DNA of 64,000 nucleotides from Lama glama (GCA_028534125.1 CM052816.1:10170001-10234000), one strand, 5' to 3'. Counted from the first letter of the stretch, positions 1 through 14,146 are shown. Numbers and translations: made by a program. Notes: generated by a model not told the origin, from the sequence alone.

Positions 1-342
1 CTATAGTAAGGATGAACTTTAGAAATACTATTCTAAAGTGGAAGAAGCCAGTTACCAAAAAAAAAAATCCACATATTGTATAATTCCATTTACACCAAAT
101 ATCCAGAAGAGACTAATCTATAGAGACAAAGAGTAGATGAGTGATTGCCTGGGCTGGGTAAGTTTGGTGGGGGATAGGAAATGACTGCTAATAGGTATGG
201 GTTTTCTCTTCGGCATGATGAAAGGTTCTGAAACTGATTGGGGTAATGGTTGTGCAATGTTGTGAATATGCTAAAAACCACTGAATTATACACTTTATAA
301 GTATGAATTTTATGCTATGTGAATTATATTTCAACAAAGCTG
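1..342 (+). mobile_element. Old L1 (L1MB-like) 3' end fragment
   Basis: Typical L1M 3'UTR motifs: tgtataattccattta, gatgaaaggttctgaaact, accactgaattatacacttt, tgtgaattatatttcaa. Confidence 0.75.
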
Positions 343-1009
343 TCCACAAAGGGAGGGTTGGTGGGCAGCACAAGGCAGAAGAAGCATTTCGGTGAAATTA
401 TGTATGAGAATTCGTGCGATCACCAGACAGCCATCACAAATGGGAAAGACTCTGGAAGATTGCCTTCCAGCAGAGGCGTATATAGGACCATACTTATAAG
501 CAGCTGGTTACCTTAAGGTATCTATAAATTGATTCTATCCTTAACTTCCTATGATGCTTTTTTCCTCTCCTGAGCACGTTACTAATTTATTAATCCTATT
601 CTTTTTTTCCAGCCTTATGGGACTAAGTTCACAGTAATTCCCAGGCTGAAAATACACGAAGTCAGGCACATATTTTGTATTTTTTGGAAAGGATTATAAA
701 GTAAAATGTAAAACACGGCTGTTGCTTTGCATATTTTTGCTGCAAGCAACTTCAGAGAGCTGGTATTCGTTATTTACAATGGGAGAGAAGAATTTAATAA
801 TACTGAAAAGTAGGACATGATTCTATCAAAGCCTCCACGTATCAGAGTTGCCACCTCCTTTTTCATCCCCGGGGCCGTGGCCTCTCCGACCGTTGAAGCA
901 GACTCACGGATTGCCTGCCTCCAGTCTTTCCCTACTTAATAACTCAGCCTCTGTCAAGCTGCCAGAGTTACCTTTCTAAAATGCAGTATAAGGCAGGGCA
1001 GCCCGGGGT

Positions 1010-1222
1010 GTACAGCTTGGCTCTCAGTTTCAAACCCTTGGATTTGAATCTGAGCCTCAGCACCTATCCACTCAGTCACCTTAGGCAAGTTACCTAATCT
1101 TTCTGTGAATCATTGTATGTCCTCTGGTTTTTTAGTGAAGATTAGATGAGAGCTGTATGTTAAGCTCTGAATCCAGTGACGGGCTTGTGGCAGTCGGTCA
1201 CTGTAAGCTTTTATTATTATTA
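1010..1222 (+). mobile_element. MIR SINE
   Basis: ggatttgaatc...accttaggcaagttacctaatctttctgtg...gaagattagatgag core; tattattatt tail. Confidence 0.65.
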
Positions 1223-1609
1223 CACTTAGATCCAAGTGCTGCCATGTTTCTCCATTTCTCCCATAATGAAATTGAGTTGTTATGAATTAAATTTAATTAT
1301 CGATCATGGTGGAACCTGGGAAATCTAACCCCGGGTCTGTCTTCTCCCGTTCACAACCTTCTCTACATGCATCAATGTGTGGCTCCAAGTTTTTCTCCAG
1401 CTCCTTCCTCTGCCATTTGCTTCACTCAAGAGGACAACATGGTTAGGAAGTGACTCAGGCTTTTCCCAGAGCTTTTCCATCTTTCCCCTATGCTGTGACA
1501 GCATCAGAGGAGTTTAAGAGAAGTTGACCACACTGAGTCATATTTTATAGGTAAAACAAATAGGACTTCTTAGTGGACCAGATAAGAGAAATAAAGGATT
1601 GAGAAAAAA

Positions 1610-1940
1610 AAAAGAAAGAGTGACTTTTAAGCTTAGATCTGGAACAACTGGGCATGTGCTGGTGCCACTTACTAATATGGGAAAACCTGGGGAAGGCAGG
1701 GTTTTTGAGGGACTAGTAAAAAAGACATGTGCATTAGCTATGCTAGGTTTGAGGTGCCAATCAGATATCCAAGTGGATTTGGTAAAGAAACAGTTGAATG
1801 TATGAGACGGGTCTGGGAAATGGTCAGGGCTATGGATATAAAACTGGGAGTCACAACCCTGTAGGTGGGGCAGTAGAGATAACCTGGAAGAAGCCCTGGG
1901 GACCAGCAACATCTGGAGATTGACCAGAGGAAGAGAAACC
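1610..1940 (-). mobile_element. L2 fragment
   Basis: tttgaggtgcc...gatatccaagtgga...gggctatggatataaaactgggagtca resembles the L2 antisense consensus. Confidence 0.6.
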
Positions 1941-3399
1941 TGTTAACCGTATACGTGAGAGTTTACTCACCCAGAACCCGCTCGGAGTTGAAGTGCTGTC
2001 TTATTTATCTTTGTGCGTAGTGGTGTTTGTCATACAAATTTTCAATAAATGATTGTTGAATTCATTTCAATTCTAAAAGCAAAGAGTGGTAGCCCCCTAG
2101 AAATCTCCCAGCCATACACTTTCATGATGTGGCAACATTTGCAGAACAAGAATGAAGGACAACTTCAGCATCTAGTCTAGAGGGGAATATTGTGGACAGT
2201 TCCGTGACTGCTGGAGACAGGCTGATCCTACCTCATAACCTTTCCCTGTCCCCTTCCCCTAGGGACCCTCTCCAAAGAGCACAGCCTCAGTGCTCATGAG
2301 GGAATGCCCAGGATCCCAGCGTGGTTCTCAAGGCTGAATACCAGGGGTCTTGATAGAGCAGCAGCTGCTGGAACATATGTGTGATCAGTAGGAATTCCCT
2401 TTAGTTCTGGACTGAAGCACCTAGAGATACGCAATTACCCAATTTTCTGAAAGGATGCATGAGAAACTCTGTAACATCTTCTTTATCTTGTCATGTTTTT
2501 TGCATTGATTTTAACAGTTTAGTGTTTATATTTTTACCTCCTTATTCCTATGACACATTTAAGAATTTATAAATCAAGACATATCTCCTTTTTTCTCTTC
2601 TCTTGCTACTGTTCTGATGAAGGCAACATCGTCCTTCACCTTGGCAAGTTCAGTAGTCTTTTGTCTGGTCTCCGTGTCTCCATTCTCTCCCTGCTCTGCC
2701 ACCAGAGTAACCACTGCTCTGTTAGGACATCCAGCTGCCAAGAACTTCAACAGCTTCCTTGCTACTTGCTTTAAAAAAAAAATTCCAAAATTCTAAGGAT
2801 GGAATACCATGTCTCCTAGAATCTATCATTTCCAGGCATCCTTTCCAGCATTAGTGCCCATCAACCAGATCCTGGGTTGTAATAAATCAGGCCCCCATTT
2901 CCCCCTAAAGTAGTTACTACACTTTCTCTTTGCTGTATCTCAGCACCAGCCATTTCTTTTAGCCAAGTTGCTTCACCTTTTCTCCATCTGTTACCATCCT
3001 ACTCACACCATCTTCAGGGAGACTTCCTTACTCACCCCATGGGAAGGAGAAATTCTTGTCTATATTTTTAAAAAGACTAGTGTTTATGTTTTTAAAGGCA
3101 GTTATCAGATAGATGATGGTGATTATGATGAAGACAGGTAGGTAGGTAGGTAGAGAAAGGTTTGTTGTTTTTGCCTTGGAACATTTTCAATTTCAACATA
3201 CTATACTTCGCACGACTTACAGAAGGAACTCTAACAATATTGACTAAATGAATAAGTTTGTGACCCAATTAACCCAGTATGATTAACTCCTACTTCTCAC
3301 AGTTTATCCATTGTATAATTCTAGGTCTTTATATATTGAATTTTCTTAAAGTTGGGGCTCTCTATGGGGCGACCATAGGTCATCACATAGGTGATTTCC

Positions 3400-3930
3400 T
3401 TTCACAAATACTAATTAAGGTACCCGGATGTCCCAGGTCTTATCATGGATTCTGAGAAGCAAATTATAACTATGAACAGCACACTCCTGCCCTCACAAAG
3501 CTTACAGATTCATGGAGGTGACCGCACTTAAATAACAAGGGCAGGTAATAATGCGGGGGGAAGGGTGGCTTCCAGGAGGAACCTATATGCCAGCAGAGAC
3601 CTGAAGGAGCCACACAAGTTAGTCAGACTAAAGTGTGTGTGTGGCAGTGTGTGAGGATGAGGGGTACACAGGGGACCATGTGAGGAGGCTGGGCAGAGAA
3701 TGGAGAACAATGAAGCCAGTAAGAAAGTCCTCATGGGAAGAGAGGAAGAATCAGAGAATTACAGGACATTCCCCATGGGCAGGATACAAGCGAGCAAAGT
3801 GGAGGAGGTAAGGCCGGGAGAATGGGCAGGTCCGAGATGTGAAGGTGTACTCGCATGTGTGTCCGTGGGTCTTTGAAGGATTTTAAGCGGGTCGTTGACA
3901 TGACCTGACCAGCCCTTTGGAGAGCCGGCG
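3400..3930 (-). mobile_element. Degenerate L2 fragment (source of the duplicated segment 3795-3906)
   Basis: cctgccctcacaaagcttaca and gaaggattttaagc...gacatgacctga motifs resemble L2 antisense sequence. Confidence 0.5.
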
Positions 3931-4062
3931 GTCGTCCACGTGCCGAGTGGCCGGGCGCCACGCCGACGGGAGCCCCCAGGAGGGCAGCGCAGGCTGAGGG
4001 ACCGCTGGGCACTTGGTCCAGGCCTGGGTCGCAGAGTAACCGCCGTCTCTGCCTCTCCCCAG

Positions 4063-4654
<592 letters not shown>

Positions 4655-5417
4655 TGAGTCCCTCCGCTGCTCAGAACCTCCAAAGGCTTGCTTCCTCTCA
4701 GTCACAGGTTCCCACCCCGCTCACTCAGCGTCAGCCTCTTCACTGCACCAGGAGAGACACATTGGTCACACTGGGGCCTCTGCCCTTGTTCTTCCCTTCC
4801 TCCCCTTCCTCACCCACTTCAGGTGTCAGCCTGAGTCCCACCCATCTGACCACAGACTCTGAAAACAGAGCCCTTCCCAGGCCCACACTCCCTCTGGCCT
4901 CTTCGCAGTTCATTTCATAGCAGTTTTTATGTTTATTTACTTATTTCGGGCTTCTCTCTCCCAAGTGTCCTCTCCATGACAGCAGAGTCTCACCTCCCCT
5001 CTGTATCCCTAGAGCCTAAATAAATGTCCAGAACTGGAAAGCCCAACATATATTTGTTGACTGAGCAGGGGAATGACTAAAAGGTGATTCCTTGCTTACA
5101 TCTCAGTTTCTTCGACAGTAACATACTACTATCCTGTAGAGGTGTGATGAGGTTTCAATGAGACAAGTGCAGAAAGGAGTAAGGAGGAATAAAAGGTTCA
5201 TGTTGAATGCTCAGAGAGCTGCCTGGCACATGGTGACTGGTAACAAAAACTATTCGTAGGAATATTCCTTCTAATATGCTGTACACTTGAGTCTGTTGCT
5301 AACTAGACTTGGGAAAGTCTCTTTACTTCTCTGGATCTCATGCCTTAAATGAGTAAGTGCTAATACTTACCCGTGTGGTGTGGATATCAAACAGGGTCAT
5401 GGATAAGGAAAACATTT

Positions 5418-5585
5418 TGTTTTGTCTTGTTTTTATTGAAATATAGTTGATGTACAATATTATAGAAGTTGCAAGTGTGCAGTATTGTGACTCATAGTTT
5501 TAAAGGTTATGTCCTTTTACAGTTATTATAAAATATTGGCTATATTCCCTGTGTTGTACAATGTATCCTCGTAGCTTATTTTGTA
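5418..5585 (-). mobile_element. 5'-truncated L1 3' end (Laurasiatheria/artiodactyl-type), antisense
   Basis: T-rich tail then ttgaaatatagttgatgtacaatatt...ttggctatattccctgtgttgtacaat. Confidence 0.7.
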
Positions 5586-5590
5586 GTCTG

Positions 5591-5702
5591 AGGTCATGGC
5601 AGCGTCCCACTTAAATCCTTCAAAGACCCACGGGCACACGTGCGAGTACACCTTTCACATCTCGGACCTGCCCATTCTCCCGGCCTTACCTCCTCCACTT
5701 TG
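5591..5702 (-). repeat. Inverted copy of 3795-3906 (112 bp; 6 substitutions + 2 single-base indels), flanked by TAGTCTGAGG direct repeat
   Basis: Manual reverse-complement alignment; 49 nt perfect core; TAGTCTGAGG at 5584-5593 and 5704-5713. Confidence 0.95.
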
Positions 5703-6244
5703 ATAGTCTGAGGAAGGCATTTGGAAATACCCGACAGGCATAAGACATTTTTTGCTCCCTGCAATCCAGACTCAACCAAGTCAGCAGAAAGTAGCCTTAA
5801 AGAGGTAAATCTGTGCAGTAAAGAGATGTTCTTGCCATCAAGCTGCACATCACAAACCAGCAGATCTGCTTCCTCTTTTTAATCAACCTCTTCTTCCTTG
5901 ACCTTACCATTAAATTGTGGTCAGTTATTTTCTCCCAAATCTATGTCTCCTGGTTTCAGCAATAATAAAGCTTGGATTGGCCAAAACTCCTGGCCTCGGG
6001 TCTCAGCTAAGCCTTGACCTCGGATAGCCAGACCCCAATGTAAAGTTTGTGAAGGAAATTTTTTATTATCCATGAAGCTAAAAGGAACGTGATGTTATAA
6101 AACAAAAACAAAAGACAAAGCCGAAAACTGCTGTGTGGGAGTCAGAAGACCAGAATATGGTCTTTCTCTCTCCTCGGGGATGAATTTCAGTGTCTCCATT
6201 TCCCAATCTGTAATTCAGATGACTGAACCTGTTTTTCCATGTCT

Positions 6245-6435
6245 GTGTCTCTCAAGCATCACTGTGTACTAGAATAACCTGAGGGAACTTATTAAAAACT
6301 GAGATCCCTGGGCCTACAAGCCAAGGATTCTGATAAAGTAGGCAGGTGGAGGACCAGCACTGCAACCCCAGCAAACAGTCCAGGCAGCCTTCAGGGAGAG
6401 GGTTCTTCACCTGCGTGTTGACAAACACTTCACTC
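6245..6435. mobile_element. MER5-like hAT-Charlie MITE
   Basis: tctcaagc...agaataacctgagggaacttattaaaaac...gggcct...gattctgat motif. Confidence 0.5.
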
Positions 6436-7499
6436 TGTGATTCCTGCCAGGTTGACAGTCTCTGAACGTTTCACTGGTTTTAACTTTCCTTGGGGCAACG
6501 TAACATTTCAAGGGAAGCAGACTCCTTTAATTGTAGTAACAACAGAATGACAAACTACATTCCTAGGGAGAAGCCTGTCTGTCTGGAGACTGGGAACCAT
6601 GCCCTGCTGCTGATTTACAGAGAGCCAACTCGTGAGATTTTAAAGAAACAGGCCCTGCAGACCCCACACTGCCAATTTCCACACATTCAAGCCTTTTAAA
6701 AGGGGTAGCTCTCAAACATGGACAGAGCTGCCTGTTTATCCAGGGTCTAAGCCAGCAGGGCAGGCGTAATCTCCTCTTCCTCTGACAAGAAACTAGAAGC
6801 CAGACTTGAATAAAAGCACTGCCCTCACCCTCCCCTCTGCTGCCACCCTCCCCAGCCTCCTCTCTCCCTGGCAGTTAATTACAGTCCCAGCACAGGGGCT
6901 ACAGCAAAGCCTCACCGCCTGTCAGCTACACTTCCCCAAAGAGCAAAGGGAATTTAGCAAGGAAACAAGTCATACAGCAGTTTTATTAAAATAAATACAA
7001 TTGTGTTTCCAAAGGCCCAGGCTTTAAGAGAGAGAATATGAACAATGCCGGCATGTGAATTCCCACTGTCGGTTTGGCTCCAAGGCTATGATGATAAAAT
7101 GACAATTTGGCCACTGGGGAGTGGACTCGTTGAAGAGTGAAACCTTTGGAGTGATGGGGCATTACTCATTTTTCCAGAAAGACGAATCATCCCATTGACA
7201 TTTGCAAAACCCATTGCAGGCAGAGCAGAGTCATAAATGCTGTACTTTATTAAATGTTTACTGTCTGTCACACTCTGTAAGAAGTGCATTTCCTCCTGAC
7301 AGCATCCCAGCATTCACCTCGCACCTGAGTGCCCCTGAGCAGGTTATGAAATCCTTCTGTGTCTTCCTTTACTCATCTGTTAAATGGGATCATAGTAGTG
7401 TCTACTTCCTAAGTATGCGTGTGTTATTTTTTGGGCAGTTAGTTTGTGGCAGACACCTTAAGTTTTATAATTCTGTTATCTCCTTTCATCCTCGCTACC

Positions 7500-7625
7500 A
7501 TTCTCTCAGGGGAGCATTGTTGCTGTGTACATTTTACAGATGAGGAAACTGAGGCTGGGAGAGGTAAAGCAGTCACCCAGAGTCACAGAAGGCGGTGACG
7601 GAACTGGTTCTTCAACTCCCTTTCT
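7500..7625 (-). mobile_element. MIR SINE
   Basis: attttacagatgaggaaactgaggct...gtcacccagagtcacag core. Confidence 0.7.
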
Positions 7626-7630
7626 AGCTC

Positions 7631-8246
7631 TTTTTTTTTTTTTTTTTTGGAGTATGTTTTTTCCTAGTTTTGTTGAGATATAATTGACATATAACATTGT
7701 ATTCATTTTAGGTCTGCAACATCATGATTTGATGATGTATGTTTATACTTTTAAATGATTACCACAATAAGTTGAATCAGTATCCATCACCTCAGAGTTA
7801 CAGTGTTTTTTTTTTACTTGTGATGAAAACTTTTAAGATCTGCTCTCTTTGCAACCGTTAGATACTGTTAACAGGATTGTTAACTGTAGTCACCATGCTG
7901 TGCATATATCCTCAGAACTTATTTATCTTATAACTAGAAGTTTGTACCACCCTCCTCCATCTCCCCATCTCCTACATCCTGCCTCTGGCAACCACCAATC
8001 CATTCTCTGTATTTGTGAGCTCTATTTTTATTTATTTTTTTTAAGATTCCACATACAAATGTGATTGTACAGTATTTGTTTTTCTCTGACTTATTTCATT
8101 TGGCATAATGTTGCAAATGACAGAATTTCCTTCCTTTTTATGGCTGAATAATATTTCATTCTGTGTGTGTTTGTGTGCGTGCATACATGTGTGTGTGATA
8201 TCACATTTTCTTTATCCATTTATCCATCAATGGACACTTGTTTCCA
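7631..8246 (-). mobile_element. L1 (L1MA-like) 3' end, antisense, with T18 tail
   Basis: Poly-T, gttgagatataattgacatataacattgta, cctctggcaaccacca, ttccttcctttttatggctgaataatatt, tttatccatttatccatcaatggacact. Confidence 0.85.
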
Positions 8247-9161
8247 TGCCTTTCACAGCCGATGCGCTTAAAAAATGTGAAGGTCTGGAGAGTACTGAAA
8301 CCCTTAGGCAGAGGACAAGAGGATGTCAGCACTTTTCTTTCCACTGTTTTTGCAAATTTCAAGTGGAGAAACAAAGTGGGAGAAGGGGTGGGAACATACC
8401 TGTGTCCTTCTCCCATAGATGCCTGCATTTCCACTGCAGGGAAATGAAACAAAAGTATGAGACACAGTCAAGTTCTAGTGAGCAGAAATTATCTAGAAGT
8501 CTTGCTGAGAGAGATAAACATATACATAAGTAGGTCACTTAGACCAGACTCCAGGCATCAGGACCAAAAGGATGTGACGATGCAGGGGCTGTGGTGGAGA
8601 GGAAAGAGCACAGAGTGAGGTCAATGCCAGACGACCCTGTCATTTCTGGGCCTATGTTTTCACATCCATAAAACAAGCCGATTGTGGACTAGATAAAATA
8701 GCTAAGGTCCTTCCCAAACGGTAGGGGTTAGTCGGGAAAGGAAGCTGTCTGCTCTAGCCCTTAGGGACCCCTCAGGTGTCAGACCTTCCCCTAGTCCCGT
8801 GTACTGCACCACATCACCCCATCTTATTTGTTACTTGCTTGTGTATTGCCTGCTCCCCCCACCCCAATGAAATGTACACTTCTATGCGTAAGAGACCGTG
8901 TCTGTTTAAGGGATCCTCTAAGGAAGGGATCCCCAGTGTTTGCAATGCTGCTGGGCATGTCGGAGACACTCAGTCCTATTTGTTGAATGACTTTTCAGGA
9001 TTCTTTTTTAAACAACCCCATGGCGTATGTATGTCATAGTATTTATTTAGGTGGGAAACCCCAGGCTCCAGTGGAGAAAGTATTTCCGCCCAGGTCTGTT
9101 TTCCTTGGACCAGCACTCTGAACCATTGAGCCATGGTATTTTCCTGTTTCTCTGCTCCCTG

Positions 9162-9808
9162 TGATGCAGGAAAAATGGATGTGGGATGTGAGCAGGGCCA
9201 TGTCCTGGGTCTCAAGTCCCGCCAAGAGTAGGTCCTTGGCTTCACGCGGGAAAGAATTCAAGAGCAAGCCACAGTTGAGTAAAGGTAGATTTATTTAGAG
9301 AGATACATGCTGCATAGAGTGTAAGCTGTTTCAGAAGGCAAGAGAAAGGCCACGAGGTGTGGAAGTTGGGTGCTCAAGTAAAAATAGATACACACTCCAT
9401 AGACAGAGTGGAGGAGGGAGCAAAAAGGGTGGTGAGGGTCAGTGTTGCCAGTTTTTATGGGCTTGGTTGCTTCATATGCTAAGAAGTGGGAAGACCATTT
9501 TAACTACCCTGGGGAAGGGGCTGAGATTCCCAGCAAGTTGGCCATTGCCCTCTCTTTGACCTTTTACAGTTAGCCTTGGAACTGTCATGGCACCTGTGGG
9601 CATGTTATTCACCATGCTAGTATGTTATAATGGGTGTATAATGAAGCTCAAGATCTACTAGAAGTCAAATCTCCCACCATTACTAGAAGTCAAATCTCCC
9701 ACCATCTTGAGCCTCAAGGTCTACTAGGGGTTGAATCTTCCGCCATTCTGGTGTTAACTTCTGTCATTCCTTGAGTGGCTGTGCCCTGCTCCCTTCCTTC
9801 CCGTCTCA
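9162..9808 (-). mobile_element. Solo LTR (ERV1-class-like), antisense, 647 bp
   Basis: TG...CA termini; 4-bp TSD CCTG at 9158-9161 and 9809-9812; AATAAA on minus strand (tttatt 9290-9295); internal tandem repeats. Confidence 0.8.
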
Positions 9809-12693
9809 CCTGGACACCGTGATCTGCTGCGCAGGGTGTCTGAGCGCACCAGGGATGGTGGTGAGACCAGACCGGAGTTGCCACCCTTGGATCAGCCCTT
9901 CAGAGTACAAAGTGCTTTTGCAGTCTTCACAGTGAGCCTGGGACAAAGGCAGGGTGTGATGACTATCCTGATTTCACTGAGAAAGAAAGTGAATTCTAAC
10001 CACATAACTTATTGGCTCCTGGTGACACAGCCAGTGGAAGAGCCAATATGGGAATTCCTATCTTCTCTAAGGGGGTGCTCAGGGTCATGCTATCTTACTC
10101 CACTGTACTCTGTTGCCTCCAAGTCACTCTCAGAATATCAGCCAACCTTCTCTATCCTCAGTGAGTGCTCTAGGGCATCCTGGTTCAGTGTCTTCATTGG
10201 GCATCCAGTATTTCTTGCTTTCTGCAAATTTTGTTTTCAGGAGACCCCGGTGCTTAAAAGCAAGAAATGAGTTGAGAGAAGCTTTCGTACTTCCGCAGGT
10301 TGTAGAAAATCTCCCTTCTGCGTGACCTTCTTTGGTGACAGCCTTTCCGCCTTCACATCTCCTGTTTGAGAGTTACTTGGCACCCCTGAAAACCCCTGCC
10401 ATCCTTCTGGGAGTTCAGCTCTCCAGCAACATCTGATGCAGATAATCCAACCTGAGCCTTCTGCTAGCCTGTCTTGTCCTGATAACCTCTCAACCCTCCT
10501 TACCTTTGACAGGCTTCCCAACGTTTAATCCTAGATTTCTAAGGTCATGTTAAAGCTCAAACATCACTTTCTTCATCTTACCTGAGTTTACGCTGGCACT
10601 TTTCAAAGGCCAGGCTACAATGAGGGCAGAAGAGGAAAATATAAAATATAATATGAGGCCATGGGGGCTAGTCATGCATTTTCTTCCTTCTGTCAGAGGG
10701 TAAGCCTTCCCCAGCAGGACTAATTTTCCTGATGATCATTTTTTCCCATAAAACCTTGGTAGAAGGGATAAGGGTGTGTATCACTTAAAGCCCAGTTTAG
10801 TGCTCACCCCCTGGCCCTGGCCCACCCCTCACGCCTGTCCTTCTGCATATGCACCATCCGTATGTCTTCCAAGTTAAGATCAGATGCCACCAGGGAACTC
10901 AAGACATCTTGACGAAACCCCGTTTTATCTTTGAACATCTCTTCCTGTTAGGAAAATAGTTGTTATGGCCGTTATGCTGATAATGGAATAATAGTAGCAT
11001 TCGTCTTACCACGAGAATGTGAGTGTTCAGATTTATGTTGGTGGTGGTATTAGCATAGCAAGGCATGATATGATAATATATGCAGTAATATCCATCAGAA
11101 CTAATACTTAGTATCTACCATGTGTTAATGACTGATCTCCCACGTGTTCCAGCCTTTCCAAAGTGCTTTTGTTGCATCGTGGAAGTCAGTCCTCACAACA
11201 ATCATGTGAGAAGGATATCACCAATCTTAGTTTGTACATGAAGAAACTGAGGCTGAGGCAAGGGGAGCAGCTTGCCCAAGGTTTCAGAGCAAACAAGGAG
11301 ATCTGGGGTCCGACCTGACCTGGCTCCTGACCCACGCTGGGCTCAGCCTTCTTTATGCTGTGCTTACATACAGCCTATTCCCCACTTCTCTCATCAGAAA
11401 TTCAGGTGCAACAAATACTACCTACATCATACAGCTGCCTAGGAGGTTAAATATACTGATAGGTGTAAAGCCTTTAAAAAAAAGGGCCAGAATCATACAT
11501 AATAAATAAAGCCCTTAATAAATGCTTACTATTGTGATTGAGCTGAAATTCTTCTCCATAAAACATTTCCACTAATCAAAGTTGATTCTCTCTTCAACTA
11601 AATAATATTTTTCCAATTCAAAATGCTATCATCTTCACATATTTTCACTGTTACTGAGGAGTAGTTCTTCATTTTCTTATGTACTCATTCTCATGATTTA
11701 CATTAGGATATTAAAATCTGTTTCCTTAGTGGTGCACTCTAAGCTGCAAATAATTTTCAGAAAATGATTTTACTACAAAAATTTTATTGGCTCTTTTTTC
11801 CTCCCTAATGTCAGTCACATCCATTGTAACTCCTTCATAGTGGGATCTCTTCTCCCAAGCTTAAAAAAAAAAAATCATACCTAGAAATCCTGCCAAAATC
11901 GACAGTTTCCATGACAACCAAATAAGTAGCCATGAAAAAGATGCCAAATGTAATTCAGTACCTTTGAATTTTCTGTGAGTTCTATGGATTCCTTTAAGTG
12001 AGGGACAAAAAGGCCAGTGTTTGTTTCCATTTGTTTTGTCTTCAGGCTGGAATATATTTTCCATACACCTGTGTTTTCACTGATTTTTCTTTTTCATTTA
12101 TCTCCTCTCCAGTCTACACACAAAAGATTAATGTTTGTAATTTGAGGGAAATTACAGAATCACAAAGTGGTATAGTCTAATGCACCTGCAGAGAGTCTGA
12201 TGTGAATAATTTTAGATCATCAGTATCTCCTCTTATATCCAGTAATATTACCTTACATTTCATAGTACTTTACAGCTCAAGGTACTTACCCATTTATTAT
12301 CTAATTTAATCCTAAAAATAATTCTTTGCAGATATTTTTTAAGTGTAATCAAAGATCCTCAGGATAAAGCAACTTTCTTAGAAACAGCTGATGGTGAAAT
12401 CAAAATACAAACCCAGAATTCATGACTCTTTATCTATTTTTACTACAGCTTTTCATTGTTTTAGGAAGAGCTGCTAAAATTTGCCTTAGAACTTGTTACT
12501 TATCAGCTCTTGTGGTCCTGATACTGTTCCAAATGCCGAAGGAACATAAATACATCCTGCTAAAACTGAAGATGACCAGTTTCGTATCACTTGAGCTAAA
12601 CTTAACTTCCCCAAGGTCCTAGATGAAAGATAAATTATCTGAGTTTCTAAATCAGTGAAAAATAAGGTCACTCTTTTCAAAAAGTGCATTACC

Positions 12694-12915
12694 CAAAGGA
12701 ATCAGCACACATTTTCTATGAAGGGCAACATAGTAAATATTTTAGGCTTTGTGGACCAGGCAGTCTCTGTGAAACTACTCAACTTCATTACAGCATGGAA
12801 ACAGCCCTAGGCAACAAGGAAATGGATGTGCATGGCTGTGTTCCAATAAAACTTTATTCACAAAGACAGGGGGCAGGAGAGATTTGGCCCATGGGCTATT
12901 GTTGGCCCACTCATG
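12694..12915 (+). mobile_element. MER58A-like hAT-Charlie MITE
   Basis: atagtaaatattttaggctttgtgg...actactcaact...catggctgtgttccaataaaactttatt...gatttggccc. Confidence 0.8.
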
Positions 12916-13815
12916 GCCTGGAAGCTACTTCAGTTCTTCAGGGGAAAATGGAAAGTAAGATTTAGGTTGTCCTTACTGAAGCACTGAGAAAAACATCAAG
13001 CAGAGGGCAGGCAGACATTATATGTTAGGGGTGTTTTTGTTCTGTTATTTTCTTACAAGGAAGGGATGGATGAGGGCTGCCCTGGGTAACAGTACAAGCC
13101 TATGTTCTCCACACCTTATGACAGGCTATATTATTCTTGCGTCCTGTTTCGGGCCAGCCAGGGAAGCATACTGGCTATCATTCTTTAATTCCACACATGC
13201 TCCTTGTCTCCTTACCACGTATTGTGCTGGCAACCATGGCGTAGATAAAGATGAGATAAAGATAAAGCCTTCTAGGACTTTTCCAATATGAGATGGGGTA
13301 GAAGAGGGGGTGATGAGGACAGACAAGTGTATAAGAAAACACAGCGTAAAGAAAATATGTGGAAGGGACTACTCAGGACATATGAGCAAAATACAGGGAG
13401 AAGACAAAGGCAGGAGAAATGAGCTTGGTCCTGGGTGATCGGGGTGTCAGGCCTGGAGAGGGTGACATCCAGCTGGGTCATGAGGACTGAGAGGATCCCA
13501 AAAGGAGCAGAGGGAAGGGCAGATCAGGAAGAGGAAACTGTAGGCACACAGCTACAGAGATGCAGGGCATGTGCAGAAAACAGAACCCCCTTGCAGCTGG
13601 AGAGGTAGAGTGAGGAGTTGAAATGGGAGCTGGAAATCCAACCAAGTCTTCTGAGAGCTGAAAGACGCAGCTGAAGTGTTGGGGTTTCATTCCACAGCAG
13701 AAAGGAGCCCAGGGTAATTTGGGGGCAGGCATAGAAATCAGATCCTAACCCAACTTTACTAAGAGAATGTCCATTAAAGCTCAGTTCATTCAGTGAGCCT
13801 CCAAGAACTTGAGCA

Positions 13816-14146
13816 ACACTGCCCAAGAGAAAGATAACACGAGCCACAGATGCAAGCCACACATGTGATTTTAAAATTTCCACCTTAAAAAGTAACCACA
13901 ATAGTAAAAAAGTCAAAAGAAGTCATTCATTCCAATAATATACTTTATTGAACCTAATTTACCCAAAATATTTATAGTTTCAGCATATAATCAATACAGG
14001 AATTATTAATGAGATATTGATATTGACCTCACACTAAATCTTTGGAATCAGGTGTGTATTGTATGCTTAGGCCAAGGCTCAATTCAGACTTTCATTATTG
14101 CAAGTGCTCTGTGTGGCTAGTGGCCACTGTATCGGACAGCACAGCT
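13816..14146. mobile_element. MER33-like hAT-Charlie element
   Basis: gcaagccacacatgtgattttaaaattt...aattattaatgagatatt...caagtgctc...gtggctagtggccactgtatcggacagcacag. Confidence 0.7.

Noticed and set aside
5594..5848. 84-aa minus-strand ORF covering the duplicated segment
   Set aside because: Spans the inverted copy and flank with no coding signature; the duplication explains any similarity to translations near 3.8 kb
9656..9747. 25-bp repeats as a CRISPR-like array
   Set aside because: Adjacent tandem copies without unique spacers, inside a mammalian LTR; no cas genes
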